Source: Octopus sinensis
Taxonomy: Eukaryota
NCBI RefSeq assembly: GCF_006345805.1
Contig: NC_043011.1
Location: 59,842,464 to 59,906,463 of the forward strand
Direction: 5' to 3'
Length of the DNA: 64,000 nucleotides
The position numbers were made by a program, and so were the translations under genes. The notes below the pieces were generated by a model. That model ran no database searches. It was not told where the DNA came from and saw only the letters and a program-made list of their open reading frames with translations. Of the stretch, positions 11,066 through 24,286 are shown piece after piece. How positions within the stretch are numbered: the stretch's first letter is position 1; each line of letters opens with the position of its first letter.

Positions 11066-11412
11066 AAGGGTAAAGACCCGCTTCAGTCATGAATGACCAT
11101 GGGATTGCACCTAGAAAGTTCCCCTTTGAGGTACAAGTCCGGGCCAGGTTGTTTTTATGGAAGATCAGCAGTCTCCCATGCAAACCAGTTTCCTTTTTCC
11201 ATGCCACTGACATTATCCAAGGGAAAAGCAAAGAGATCGATTACAGCTTGGCACCAGTGAGACATCGAAACTCATTTCTACAGATGAGTGAAATGGAGCA
11301 ATGTGAAAATAAAGTATCTTGCTCAAGAACACAACACACAGCCTGGTCTTGGAATTGAATTCACTACCTCATAATTGTTAGCATGATGCTCTAACCACTG
11401 AGCCATGTGCCT
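11066..11412 (-). mobile_element. tRNA-derived CORE-type SINE family D; related copies at about 21860-22240(-), 24590-24735(-), 27800-28088(-), 51800-52070(+), 61340-61498(-)
   Basis: Minus strand TGGCTCAGTGGTTAGAGC (A box), GAATTCAATTCC (B box), TTCTTGAGCAAGATACTT core motif. Confidence 0.7.
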
Positions 11413-11682
11413 TGGCCAACCCACCGCAAAATCACCTTTGAAACTGTAGAGATGGTCTTTGTCCCAGATCCCTTTGCTGGGCTCTGTCCCTTCTTCTGAT
11501 TTTTTTTTTGCTTCAGCTTATTAATGTCCAATGTGACCCCCAACAATGCTTCTCTTTCTTTGCTTGCTTACCCCCTCATCTTACAGCCTTCAATGACAAC
11601 CCCCTTTTTAAAACAAACAAATAATGCTGAAGTGTTTTAATGATTTTCAGGACTCATTAACAGAGTTCTTTTTAAATAACAG

Positions 11683-12120
11683 GAACGGGTGTGGCTGTGA
11701 GGTAAGAAGCTGGCTTTCTGACCACAAGGTTCTCGGTTCAATACCACTGCGTGGCAGTTTTATGCAAGTGTCTTCTACTATAGCTTCAGGCTGACCAAAG
11801 CTTTGCGAGTGGATTTGGCTGATGGAAACTAAAAGAAACCTTTTATATATATATGTGTGTGAGTTTGTTTGTGTGTGTTTGTTTGTTTGTGTGTGTGTAT
11901 GTGTGTTCGTGAGTGTGTTTGTGTGTAAGTGTGTGTGTTTATACCTCGTCACCACTTGACAACTGGTGTTGATTTGTCTTCATAACTAAGGGGTTCAGCA
12001 AAAGAGACCGACATAATAAGTACCAGGTTTAAAAACAGGGGGTTGATTCATTCAACTACATGTCTTCTAGGTGGTGCCCCAGCATGGCCACAGGCTAATG
12101 ACTGACACAAGTAAAAGATG
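11683..12120 (+). mobile_element. tRNA-derived SINE family A (CORE-like, internal microsatellite)
   Basis: GTGGCTGTGAGGTAAG head, GGTTCAATACC B box, CAAGTGTCTTCTAC core, tail CAGCATGGCCACAG..TGACTGACACAAGTAAAAGA. Confidence 0.85.
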
Positions 12121-13434
12121 AAAAAAAGAAAAAAGATAAAGTAAAAAAAACATTTAAAATTATGTTTGACCTCCCCCCCCCCCCACACACACATAATTTA
12201 GAAATTTCCCAAAATTAATGGATATGAATGGAAGGTTAAACAATTAATCCAAACTCAGATAAAAATCAAAGAATTAATTTTTCTAATTATCAGGAATATC
12301 TAATCAAAGAATCTGACACTGAAAGTCATAGCAAAAAATTTGCATCTCAAAGACTGTGTATTCATTGCATTTAATGGTCCGAAGAATATGATCATAAATA
12401 GCAATGGCTAAAATGGGGTTCCTCTGAAAGATCTCTAAAATGGTAAGAAACTCTCAAGAGAGTTGAACAGCAGAAGGACTTTGGAGAAGAAACCCCACTC
12501 ATGCAAGTGCTGGCCCAAACATTCGCAATAGAGTAGACTCCTCTAAATAAACCCAAGACAACAGAAAAGGGGTGTTAAACAGGGCCACGGATTATGCCTA
12601 CCTTCGAAGCAAACCATGACAGGAACCGAACTCAGAATGCAGGGCATCAGATAGACCTTGCCTGGTTTAATATCATCACCTGGTCTTTTGAAGCTTTTAA
12701 TAAAGTGCACCCATCCTGATGGGTTTCAAACCAGATTTTCAGTCTTCTGATAAACTCAGAGTCTTAGGATAAAATTACAGTTGACTTCAACAAGCCATCG
12801 GTCATGTCTTACTCTCTCTTTGTTTTATTGGTCTTGTAGTTTTGTTGTAACTCTTTAGCATGATTAATCTGAAACAAGGTGAATAAATAAATATTGCATT
12901 CGACGGATTAATCAGAATGTTAAAGGTTCAGATATCCTCATAATCTCTTCTGTGATTCTTCCATCTGATGTTGATATTTTGAATGAAACAATGCTCTCCT
13001 ACAGACCAATGTGGAAGGAATATTTTCTTTTGTAAAAGGACCACAATCGTTTACATGGTAATCAATGCTTTGATGTTGACCAAAGGATACCAAGAAAAAC
13101 TAAGAAAAATACGCAATTTCAATAATTTTTTCTCTTCTTTTCTTTCGAATGGAAATCACAATGGAGTTAACAAGACCCTTAACCTAATCAAAAGTTGAAA
13201 TATTTCCTGTTTTCTTGAAGTTGTTTTACAGCAGAAAGTATGAATGACTGGTTAATTATATCAGCTAAAGGTCACATAGTCGTATATCAATTGATATGTC
13301 AAAGATATTAGCGTTTGGTTTGACAAGAGACTAGTTTGTTTGAGGCAGTGTGATACGTAATTCGAATTGATTTATTTGTTGATGTGGGATGGTTACTCTA
13401 TCTAGCTGGGCTCACAGATTAGCTATTAATAATT

Positions 13435-13652
13435 ATTTCTACTTTAGGCACGAGGCCTTAATTTTTTTGGGGGGGAAGTAGACTAGTCGATTACATTGAC
13501 CCCAGTGTATAACTGGTACTTATTTCATTGACCCCAAAAGAATAAAAGGCAAAGTTGACCACGGTAGAATTTGAACTCAGAACGTAGCAGCAGATGAAAT
13601 GCTGCTAAGCATTTCACCTGACATGCTAATGATTCTGCCTGCTCACCACCTT
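13435..13652 (-). mobile_element. SINE family B copy
   Basis: Reverse-complement match to the 9081-9345 head and central domain (AAAGGCAAAGTTGACC..ATTTGAACTCAGAAC). Confidence 0.8.
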
Positions 13653-13834
13653 AGATTAACTAGTAATAGTAATCATGAATCCTAGATTTTAATAAAAGAC
13701 TAATTAATTAACTAAATAATTAACAAATAATCATTCATTTAATTATACATCAAAACATACATATATATGTATACATATGCATATGTGTGCATGCATATAT
13801 ACACACACATGCATATATACATATATACATACAT

Positions 13835-13990
13835 CTTTTATCTTTTAGACTGCGGTCGTGCTGGAGCAGCGCTTTGAAAGGTTTAGTTGAACGAATCAAC
13901 CCAAGTACATTTTTCTGAAGCTTCATACTTATTCTATTGTTCTCGTTTGCCAAACCACTAAGTCATTGATGCCGTAAACAAACCAACATG
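13835..13990 (-). mobile_element. SINE family A 3' part
   Basis: GACTGCGGTCGTGCTGGAGCA..TACTTATTCTATT..GCCAAACCACTAAG is the reverse complement of the family A tail. Confidence 0.7.
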
Positions 13991-14139
13991 TGTGTGTGTG
14001 TGTGTGTTTGTTTCTGTGTGTGTTTGTGTCTGCGTTTGTTCCCAATACTTTTTATATCGCCCTACCTCTCTTTTTTTTAGCTTTTTTCCTTAGTTACAAA
14101 TTTAATATTCTTTCCATTTGGCATCTGCTTCCAGAAACT

Positions 14140-14298
14140 CCATACATTTTGCCCGCTAATAATCTATCAAAGAGTGGTTTTATTTTCCTCACAAACTTCA
14201 GCTCTGCTGGTGACATACCCGCTGGTATATTTGAATTTGGTGTCACATGCTATACTCTTAAGAATTGCTGTAGAGCTATTTCATCCATGACTTCCTGA
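14140..14298 (-). mobile_element. Ty3/Gypsy integrase C-terminal fragment
   Basis: Minus translation EVMDEIALQQFLRV*HVTPNSNIPAGMSPAELKFVRKIKPLFDRLL fits the integrase motif FL..YR.TP....G.SPAEL.F.R.I. Confidence 0.7.
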
Positions 14299-14319
14299 TT
14301 TGACTTTCTTAACGCTGAG

Positions 14320-15100
14320 CCTATTGCTGAATGCTATGCTGGCATTTTTACTGCTGAAAATCCCAATGTACCTTCTTCCCCAACTCTGACATCATATTCC
14401 GTAACATCTGTGAAATTCACACCTGCAATGTTGTGACACCACATCAAGAATAAGCACAATTATGCCTCTCCTGGTCTTGATGGTGTTACTTATTTGCTTC
14501 TCAAACGTGGTGGGTTCTTCCTATTGCACCAGCTTTCTTCTTTTTTTCAATTCTGCCTTAACAACTCTGTCACTCCAGAGCAATGGAAAATTGCCAGTGT
14601 CGTTCCCCTGTTCGAAAGAGCTGATTGCACATCACCTGTCAACTACCGTCCAGTCAGCCTTACTAGCTGCATTGCCAAACTGATGGAGTCCTGTGTCAAA
14701 GATACACTCTGGAACTTTTGGAGCTCTCACAGCCTTATTCAACCCTCACAATTTGGTTTTATCCCTAACACTAGCTGCTGTAGACAACTCACCGAGTTTC
14801 TTGAGGACATCACCCGAGTTACTGATGGCAGCTCATGGGTGGATGCTGTCTACCTTGATTTTGCTAAAGCCTTCTACTCTGTGCCACACAAACAACTCAT
14901 GGTAAAACTCTCTGCAATGGGGGTGAAGGATGATCTCTATAAAATTCGATACGACAATGGTACATCCACACTTGGAATTTGCATCACCAGTCTGGAATCC
15001 CTATCTTGCTTAGCATATAAATCTCCCAGAAAATGTCCAGAAACGTACAACAAGACAAATACCCAACATCAGACATCTACCATACTCTGAATGTCTTTTT
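14320..15100 (+). mobile_element. CR1/L2-group LINE ORF2 (RT) fragment with large internal deletion
   Basis: SPGLDG..PEQWKIASVVPLF..NYRPVSLTS..QFGF..DAVYLDFAKAF.SVPH, then at about 14945 a jump to the post-RT motif TMVHPHLEFASPVWNPYL..ENVQKRTTR in another frame; YADD region absent. Confidence 0.88.
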
Positions 15101-15482
15101 CTACGTGACCAGTGCATAGGTAAGACATGTATTTTGTTTCATCTCCTGCCGAGCACTCACTTCAGACCCCCAGTTTACCTTTTCACTTTTCATACTTATC
15201 TTTCCTCCTATCTTTCTTCCCTTCCATCCTTCCGCTGAGCCTTCTCATTGTACCTTTGGAACATAAGCATCACTATTTTCTTCCTTTTTTTTTTTTTGTT
15301 AGTTTTCGTCATGTAGTGTCCCACATTTTGAAATACTTGCAATTTGTATTTTTACTGCTTCTGTTTGCTCTGCTTGATACATTTCCAAAATTAAACATTT
15401 ACAAATACTATACATTAATGCAAAAATTATTGTGTTTATTGACTATTTTCAAAATGATTACACCATCAATAGAAAGTTCAAA

Positions 15483-15924
15483 GCCAACTTGCTAAGGCAG
15501 TAATGAAAGGCTATCAAGACCAGTCAATCAGAAAAACTGATGAATGGGGTCTTGTTTCATTAGGACAATGCTTCAGCACACAAGTCCTTGGTTTCAATGG
15601 CTGCCATGCATGACTGGCTTTGAACTGGTTGATCACCCCTCCCTTATATTAGTGATTTGGTTCCTTCTGGTTATCATCTGTTTCCCAACTTGAAAAGACA
15701 CTTGGCTGGGCACCAGTATCACTGTGAGGATGATGTCTTATTTGCTGTTGATGACCATTTTGACCAACAGAATAGCTTCTTCACCAGTGCCATCCAAGCA
15801 CTGCAACTACTTATAGAAGTGTGTGGACAGTAAGAGAGGAACTACATTAAAAAATTAACTTCATTTGGTCCCATTCCACAAGAGTGTCTTGCTCAGCCTA
15901 CGAACATTTCAGCCGACCCTCATA
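15483..15924 (+). mobile_element. Mariner transposase 3' fragment with terminal repeat, decayed
   Basis: ANLLRQ..GVLFH*DNASAHKS..FELVDHP..DL.PS.YHLFPNLKRHLAG..KCVD; ends in TIR-like GAACATTTCAGCCGACCCTCATA. Confidence 0.85.
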
Positions 15925-16034
15925 ATAATAACAATTATTATTATACCTGCATTTGTTTTAATGCTAACGATCCACATTTTTCATAAAAAAATTTGGACCT
16001 GGGCCACTGCACACAGACACACACACACAGACAG

Positions 16035-16068
<34 letters not shown>

Positions 16069-18099
16069 ACACACACCTTAAAATACTACCATGTTGGTGT
16101 TAACTAAATTCCAAAGAAAGAACCTTAGTAAGTAAGTTATGAGGCAGTAACACTGATATCATAAAAAAGCAGCATCTCTTGTTTTCGTTTCCCCGCTTTT
16201 TTGCTAGTGTCTGGTCAACATTCTACATCAATTACATTCAAAGTTTCTACCTGGCTCCCTAAATGAATCAGCTTCTTTTTGTCTTTTCGAGATAATCAAC
16301 AATGTATTCAATATCATAGGATGTTCCACAAAAAATCAAACGTAATCAAAGATGACATCTTCTCCATTGATCTCTCTTACTTTATATATATATATATATA
16401 CACACATATATACATACACATATATACATACATACATACATATATGTATGTGTATATATATATATGCACACACACATATATACATATAAATATACATATA
16501 TATGTATATATGTATTTATATGTATGTATATAAATATATATATAAACATATATATGCATATACATATATATACACATACATATATATATATATATATGTA
16601 TATATATATGTATATATATATATATATATATAGATATGTATATATATACATTCATATATATACATATATATATGTATGTATAAATATGTATATATATATA
16701 CATATATATATATATATACAAATATATATACATACATATATATCTACAAGCACACACACATACACACAAATATATGGTTTCACTCAGCCCTTTGTTCAAC
16801 TCTTTTCTTCTTCTTTAAGTAAACACATATATTAAAAGTTACTTGTCAATAAATCAGAAACACACACACACACACACACTCAATATGCAAAGCAGGGCAG
16901 TTATTGAGCAATATATTATTGGCTTTGGCTGAGAATTGCTCACAATGTTACTATTAGTTTCATGCTAGCTATTTTACTTGGTAATATCAACCGTTCTTGA
17001 AATATGCTTTGTGGAAGTGTGTAACTCTTTTTATGCTGGGGGTATATGTAGAGCCTGGTTGGTTTTGTGTTGGTAAAAAGAATTGGAATGAAATACAGTG
17101 AGAAACAAGAGTTACTTCCGGTGGATTAATGTTAACTGTGGCTGAACTACGTCAGTGGTGTGTGTGTGTGTGTGTGTGTACATGTATGCTGTTCCCTTTT
17201 CCAAAAATAGGGACAGTCATATTGCCAAAACGAATTTCCACTCATGAGGGCAGCAGCTGAATATTTCAACATTTTGAATTCAGGAAAGAAACCAGAACAT
17301 GTGATTTCTTTTTGTTTTTTTTTTTTGATGTTTCTCTATTTTCATCAAGCGAAGCTGGCACTGCCCACTTCCTTCCTGATATGCTCTGGGATGTTCAAGC
17401 AATTTCCAGACAATATCTTACAGCATGGCTCCCTCTTTTAATCACCATATATAGCTAGTTAACATTGTATCATGCACCCTTTAACACAAAGTACCTTACA
17501 GTGTGGACTGGGGGCTTTTTCCATGCTGCTTGCACAAAGGTGGTGCTCCAGCATGGCCACAGTCAAATGACTGAAACAAGTAAAGGAGTAAAGGAGTAAA
17601 GGAGTATTGAGGTCACCATGCAATTCACAGGACTATGGTGATGGTGGTGTTGGGGGTAAATTTGCTTCTAAGAGACAAGAGTATTACCATGAGAGGGCAG
17701 GTTCCTGCAGAGGGATTTACAGGGTATTGATCAGCCCAGGGTTATAATAGATGACATCATCATCATCAACATCGTTGTTTTAATACTAACTTTCCCTTTA
17801 TATGTCCTGAAAATTCCGCACAGCCTTGGCTTTTTTGTCTCATTTTATTTAACACATACCTGCCCATACAAGACCCACATTAGACTCCTCACTCGTATCA
17901 CTATCAAACTGAGATCTTAACTACGGTCCTTCATAGCACTTACATAGCGTTACTTACCACCTTGGATCTTCTGGATACCAATACCTCTCATATATATATG
18001 AACACACACACACACACATATACATACACACATACATAGATACATACATACATTCATATATACATATATATATATAAATATATATATATATAATATATA

Positions 18100-18142
<43 letters not shown>

Positions 18143-18184
18143 ATATATATATAAATATATATATAATATATATATATATAAATA

Positions 18185-18590
18185 TCATCATCATCATCAT
18201 CATCGTTTAATGTCCATTCTCCATGCTAGCATGGGTTGGACAGTTCGGCCGGGTCTGGGGAGCCAGGAGGCTGCACCAGGCTCCAGTCTGATCTGGCAGT
18301 GTTTCTACAGCGGAATGCCCTTCCTAATGCCAACCCCTCCGTGAGTGTAGTTGGTGCTTTTTACGTGCCACCAGCACAGGTGCCAGGCGAGGCTGGCAAT
18401 GGCCACGAATGGATTGGTGCATTTTACATGTCACTGGCACAGGGATCACAACTACAGTTTCCATTGATTTTGATGTTGGTGTACTTGACTCAATGGATCT
18501 CCTCAAGCACAGGGTTGAAATGATGTTTCTTCACTTGCCACCTGCACAGGAGTCAGTCCAGCGGTCCTGGCAACTGCCGGTTGCCAGTCA
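18185..18590 (-). mobile_element. SINE-like family C with RTE-type 3' tail and (GAT)n end
   Basis: (CAT)n CGTTTAATGTCCATTCTCCATGCTAGCATGGGTTGG.. is the reverse complement of 21593-21792. Confidence 0.8.
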
Positions 18591-19628
18591 AATATATATA
18601 TATATATACACACACACATACACATGCATAATAGGCTTCTTTCATTTTCCATCTACAAAATCCACAAAGCTTTGGTTGTCCTGGGGTCAGACCAAAGACA
18701 CTTGCTCAATGTGCCATACAGTGCGATCAAACCTAAATCCACATGGTTGGGAAGTAGACATTTCAATCCGACAACTGTGTCTGATCCATGAACACTTACT
18801 AGAAATAGAAGCCAAACATCCCTCAACTGACACCTTACAGCCTTAAACAAGGAAGTATACATTGAATAATGTATTCTGGGGTGAATGGCATAATTGGAAT
18901 GACTTTGATTGCATGTCTGCCTTTGGGATCAGGACAGGCTGAAGAAGAAGAAGAAGAACAACAACAACGCATCTCCTTTACAAATTAAAATATTTAAAAT
19001 TGAAAAACCAATCAAGATTAATTACTTTAACAAATGGATAACTGATTGCTGCCTGAAGCTGTATGTTACAAATTGGGAAATATTGATGAGTTTATAATTA
19101 AAAATACATTTATAGAGGCAGAGGCTTTTGAAAATGTAAATGCGAAATAGTAATGTTAAAGACTTGGGAATTTCTCATACCTGACAAATGTTTTCCATTC
19201 CTTTCTGTCTTCTCTCATCCACAACATTTCAAAGCTCTTGAATGGTACATCCAGTCTCTTCTACCAATTGGTTGATGTCTTGCATTTACTTGTGTATAAG
19301 TTACATCACTAATTTAGCGTCAAATCTTCGTACAATTTTATTTTCCTTCATAGTTTTAGCTTTTCCCAATGTCTGTTGCACCTCAGTTTTATCAGTGAAA
19401 ATCAAGTCGAAACCAGTGTGATTTCTACATGCTGGTCCACAGCTTCCCCTGTTTACCTTGAGAAAATTACTACAGGATTTCTGCCATTAGCTCTGCTTTG
19501 TTATGCTAGCAGGGCCCAATAAATCTCAGCCTGTGTTTGAATATAGTCAAATGAAAATTTCGTTTTTGCATCTGGTTTGCAAGATTCTTTATGTGAATTC
19601 ATGTGTTGGAACAAATTTTGGTGGATCT

Positions 19629-19709
19629 AGGGAGAGTCATTAAGACAAAATAATTAACACACACACTTCATGTGTGTGTATTAATTATATTGGCTTAATG
19701 ACTCTCCCT
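19629..19709. repeat. Near-perfect hairpin, 38-bp arms, 5-nt loop
   Basis: AGGGAGAGTCATTAAGACAAAATAATTAACACACACAC-TTCAT-GTGTGTGTATTAATTATATTGGCTTAATGACTCTCCCT; 3 mismatches. Confidence 0.9.
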
Positions 19710-19952
19710 GGACACAACAGATGCAAATTAACAACCATAAAAAAGAGAGCTATTGGGCACTTAAGGAGCCTTTCCATGAAGGGTCAGGAAAAACCCCTTG
19801 TCCTGAGGTGCAATTTTCTTTGCATTCAAATATGAAACTGCCTACTAACAAGGTCTCTAATTAGCATATAATGAACAATTTAAGCATAAGGATCAAAACA
19901 GTAATTTAATGCAAATTACATGTCTATGAATTTGTTAAAATTACAGATTTGT

Positions 19953-20330
19953 CCATGGCTGTGTGGTAAGAGGTTTCTTTCCCAGCCACATGGTTCCAAG
20001 ATCAGTTCCATTGCGTGGCATCATGGGCAAGGGTCTTCGACTACAGCCTTAGGCTGACCAAAGCCTTGTGAGTGGATCTGGTACACAAAAACTGAAAGGA
20101 GCCCATTGTGTGTATATGTGTGTGTGTTTCTGTTTGTCCCTGACTGCCTCTTGACAACCAGTGTTGGTGTGTTTACATCCCTTTAACATAGCAATTTGGC
20201 AAAAGAGAGTGATAGAATACGTACCAGGCTTAAAAGAAAGAAGTCCTGGAGTCGATTCCTTCAACTAAAAATTCTTCAAGGTGGTGCCCCAGCATGGCCG
20301 TAGTCTAATGACTGAGAAAAGTAAAAGATA
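19953..20330 (+). mobile_element. SINE family A copy
   Basis: Same head, core and tail as 29148-29540. Confidence 0.85.
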
Positions 20331-20559
20331 CATAAACTCTATTCATTTTTCTGCACTTGCAATTCAACCCTGGAACAAAAACAAGCAAAAATCCTCAGCC
20401 CTTTGTGGAAGTAGCTCAACCAGCTGAAAAGGTGGTGATGATGATGAAGGTACAAAAGAGGAAAAAAAAAATAAAGGAGATGGAAGTGATGGCAATAGTA
20501 ACAAGACTTCTGGTGTTCATGATGTTTCTCTTGCTGTCTATATATATATATATATAAGT

Positions 20560-21205
20560 AGAATAGATGGTGCGAGGTCAGGAAAGTAAAGGGGTTGAGG
20601 AAGGATTTTAGAGCCACAGGAATGCGCTTTCATCTGGGCAACATGCACATTGTGAACTGGGGCATTGTTTTGGAGGAGGCAGACTCCTTTGGTCAGTGTG
20701 CCACACCTCTATGCTTTGATGGAATCCTGCAATTTCTGCAGCAGAGAAGCATAATATTCCCCCTTAGTTGTGGAGCACTTTGACAGAAAATCCATCATCA
20801 CTACATCACGCTAATCCCAAAAGACTGTGGGCATCACCTTACCTGGTAAGGGTTGGACATAAGCCTTCTTTGGAGGTGGTGAGTTATCATTTTCTCGTTA
20901 CTTCGAGTGGACCTTAGTGATGGACCCATGTTTCATCCTGTGTAATAAGTCTACTGAAAAAGTCCTCTTCATTTTCTTGGAACATTGCCAAAAGAGCCTG
21001 GAAGAATTGACTCGTTCTTGCTTCTGAAAAGGTGTGAGCATCCGGGGAAGCCATTGTGGAGAAAACTTTTGCATGTGTAAATGATGGCGAATGATTTTTT
21101 CCCCCAGACCCTCCACTTCTTGGTGCTGAATCGTTACGTGGCAATCCTCCAAAATGGTAGCTTCCACTTTATGGATGGTGTCGCCATCAATACAATCATA
21201 CAAAT
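20560..21205 (-). mobile_element. Mariner transposase pseudogene fragment
   Basis: Minus translation IIRHHLHMQK..WLPRMLT..QKQERV..FFSRLITQDETWVHH..GKVM.TVFWD..EYYASLLQKL..LLQNNAPVH..PLYFPDLAPS (WVPR, GDETW, HDNA, YSPDLAP motifs). Confidence 0.9.
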
Positions 21206-21592
21206 CTGTTAAAAGACAGGATGGTCACAGTTGGAATTCTTTTGATCTTATATCTGGTCACACAGAGCTAAACAACAACAACAACAAATAACTCATTTAT
21301 AAATCAAGAATTATTGTGAAGACAATGTGGAAACTGAAATCAATATTTTCAGAGAAGCCAAATTTTAATGAGACTGGACAGATCTATAAATAGAAGTAGA
21401 CAGTTCTCTCTATATAATCATCATCATCATCAATGTTGTCATTGTTTTCATGTCTGCTTTTCCATGCTTGCATGGGTCAGATGAGATCATGTTGGGAATA
21501 ATGTTTTCTAAGGCTAGGTGCCCTTCAAGATGCCAACACCCACTTGTTTCCAAGTGAGGTAAGGGTCTCCCAGACTAGCAAACAACAAACAT

Positions 21593-21792
21593 GGCACCTG
21601 TGCTGGTGGCGCGTAAAAAGCACCCACTACACTCATGGAGTGGTTGGCGTTAGGAAGGGCATCCAGCTGTAGAAACACTGCCAGATCAGACTGGAGCCTG
21701 GTGCAGCCTCCTGGCTTCTCAGACCCTGGTCAAACCGTCCAACCCATGCTAGCATGGAGAACGGACGTTAAACGATGATGATGATGATGATG
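21593..21792 (+). mobile_element. SINE-like family C (RTE tail); further copies at about 9715-9945(+), 10945-11065(-), 21418-21575(-), 22530-22745(+), 28791-29105(-), 34290-34520
   Basis: GGTTGGCGTTAGGAAGGGCATCCAGCTGTAGAAAC..CCAACCCATGCTAGCATGGAGAACGGACGTTAAAC(GAT)n. Confidence 0.85.
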
Positions 21793-22964
21793 AACTGGAA
21801 GCAAAAGACACAAGCTTTTTATTGACAAAGATCACACAACATGTCAAGACATTTCATGGAACCAGGACATACTTTGGGTGGTGGGCTGCAAGCAAATGAC
21901 ACGGTCAACAAAGCTAATTGTTTATGACCAGTGAGTGACCACACAGCAGGACAAGCAAACCCACCCACATTCTTCTTCTTTGGCTCTGTTCTAGGTCAAC
22001 ACTGATTGTTCCTGTTCAGTAATCATCCGTGGGAGGCCACAAAGCCTGATGTTGATCTGCAGCAGCAATGACATCTACTTACAGGTGAAGCAGGGTTTTC
22101 CACCACCCCCTGCTGGAGCCTCGTGGAGCTTTATGTGTTTTCACTCAATAAACACTCACAACGACCAGTCTGGGAATTGAAACCACGATCCTATGACCAC
22201 GAGTCTGCTGCCCTAACCACTGGGCCATTGTGTCTCCACCATTATTACTAATAAATGGTGTCAAAAGAACTCTGATAAATCAGCTGGCTAATAAACTACT
22301 CAAACAATTAGTGAAGCAATTAGTTAATTGGTTCATTAGTTAACTAGTTGAATAATAAGAACTGCTAGTTTTTTTTTTAATATTTTTTTTTGCAGGTGAT
22401 TTTTGGTTTTAGGTGCATATTACTGTGAGATTGAGATTGACACCAAAACATTGGCTTGAAATAATTGTAGTCATTAATTAAGAATCTCGTGAATTCTATT
22501 TTGACTTTCTCTCAAGGGAGGTATGTAGTTGTAAGTGTGCGTGCGTGAATGTTTCTGCTTTCTTGCCTTGACATCACATGACAGCTAGAAAAGAAAGCCT
22601 CCATCACACAAGAGGTGTTCCTTGTTTCCAGTCTTCCACAGGATCAGGTGAGGGTTCACGACAGGAAGGGCATCCGGCTGTAAAAGTCTGCCTCATTGAA
22701 TGCCATCTGATCCATGCAAACATGATAAAGTGGAAGTTAAGCTGATACGTGTGTGTGTGCCTCTTTCACCAAAGAATAGTGGTAAACACTGGCAAGACAG
22801 CAAATCAACCAATGTATTCAGAACAGTTACTCACACAACACTTTTTATCATCACGAATACAGCAAACCAGCAATTGGTTTGTTGAAAATATATAAACCTT
22901 TCGTGGTTGTTCATAAAATGATAAATAAAAACAGAAATTATGAAGTTTAGTTCGCAACTATCAT

Positions 22965-23345
22965 TTGGCTTCCCAACCACATGGTTCTGGGTTCAGTCCC
23001 ACTGCATGGCACATTAGGTGAGTGTCTTTTACTAAAGCCTCAGGTTGAGTAAAGTCTTGTGAATGGATTTAGTAGATGGAAACTGAAAGAAGCCTGTCAT
23101 GTATATATATATGTGTGTGTGTGTGTGTATTTTTGTGTCTGCGTTTGTCCCTTGCCACCACTTGACAACTGGTGTTGGTTTGTTTTCATCCATGTAACTT
23201 AGTGGTTTGGCAAAAGAGACCAAATGAATAAGTACCAGGCTTTAAAAATAAAAGCACTGCGGTCAATTTATTTGACTAAAATTCCTTCAAGGTCATGCTC
23301 CAGTATGACCGCAGTCTAATGACTGAAACATGTAAACGATAAAAG
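22965..23345 (+). mobile_element. SINE family A copy
   Basis: CCAACCACATGGTTCTGGGTTCAGTCCCACTG..GACTGAAACATGTAAA. Confidence 0.85.
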
Positions 23346-23654
23346 GCAATAAGATGGCATAGCATCTTAAGCAAGTTGGTTCTTCCACAGTCTTGGGTTG
23401 AACAATAGATTATGAGGGAATCTGGGAGGTGGAAACTGTATGGAAGCCCACTGTGTGTGTGCTTTCACCTCTCTCTCTATCTGACATCCGGCATTGGTTT
23501 ATTTATGTCCCAGTAATTCAATAGTTCAGCATGAAAAAGTGAGATACTAACTGATTAAGTACCAGTGTTTTTTTTAAATGCTGGGGCTGATTTGATTGAT
23601 TAAGCACTTTAAGGGGGTGCTACAGCTAGGCCAGAAGACTGTACTAGACTGGCT

Positions 23655-24286
23655 CTGATTTCAGAAGACGGAAAACAAAGTTGACCTTAGCTGGATTTGA
23701 ACTCACAATGCATACAGCTATGGCTAAATACTGATTTCAAATTTTAGCACAATGCCAGCAAGTTCAGGGCAGAGGGGGATAAGTCAATTGCATCAACCCC
23801 AGTACACAACTGGTACTTATTTTATCAAACCTGAAAGGTATGAAAGACAGCTATAACTAAATATTATTTTCTACTCTAGGCATAAGGCCTGACATTTTTG
23901 GGGAGGGAGCCAGTCGATTAGATTGATCCCAGTATGCAACTGGCATTTAATTTACCAACCCCAAAAGGATGAAAGGTAAAGTCGACCTTGGTGGAATTTG
24001 AACTCAAAACAAGCAAAGTACCTCTAAGCATTTCGCCTGGCATGCTAACGCATCTGCCAGCTTGCTGCATTTAAAATATTCTTTCCTACTTTAGGCACAA
24101 AGCCTGAAATTTTTTGGGAGCAGGCCAGTCAATTAGACCGACCCCAGTATGCAACTGGTACTTAATTTATTGATCCTAAAAGGATGAAAGGTAAAGACCG
24201 GTGAAATACTCAGAATGTAAAGACAGGTGAAATACCTCTAAGGATTTCACCCGGCATGCTAACGGTTCTGTCAGCTAGCCACCTTT
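23655..24286 (-). mobile_element. Tandem cluster of SINE family B copies
   Basis: Three to four successive ACTGGTACTTA..GGATGAAAGG..TTTGAACTC modules. Confidence 0.8.

Noticed and set aside
14494-15090. Functional reverse transcriptase gene
   Set aside because: Catalytic YADD region deleted; stops and frameshifts flank the ORF
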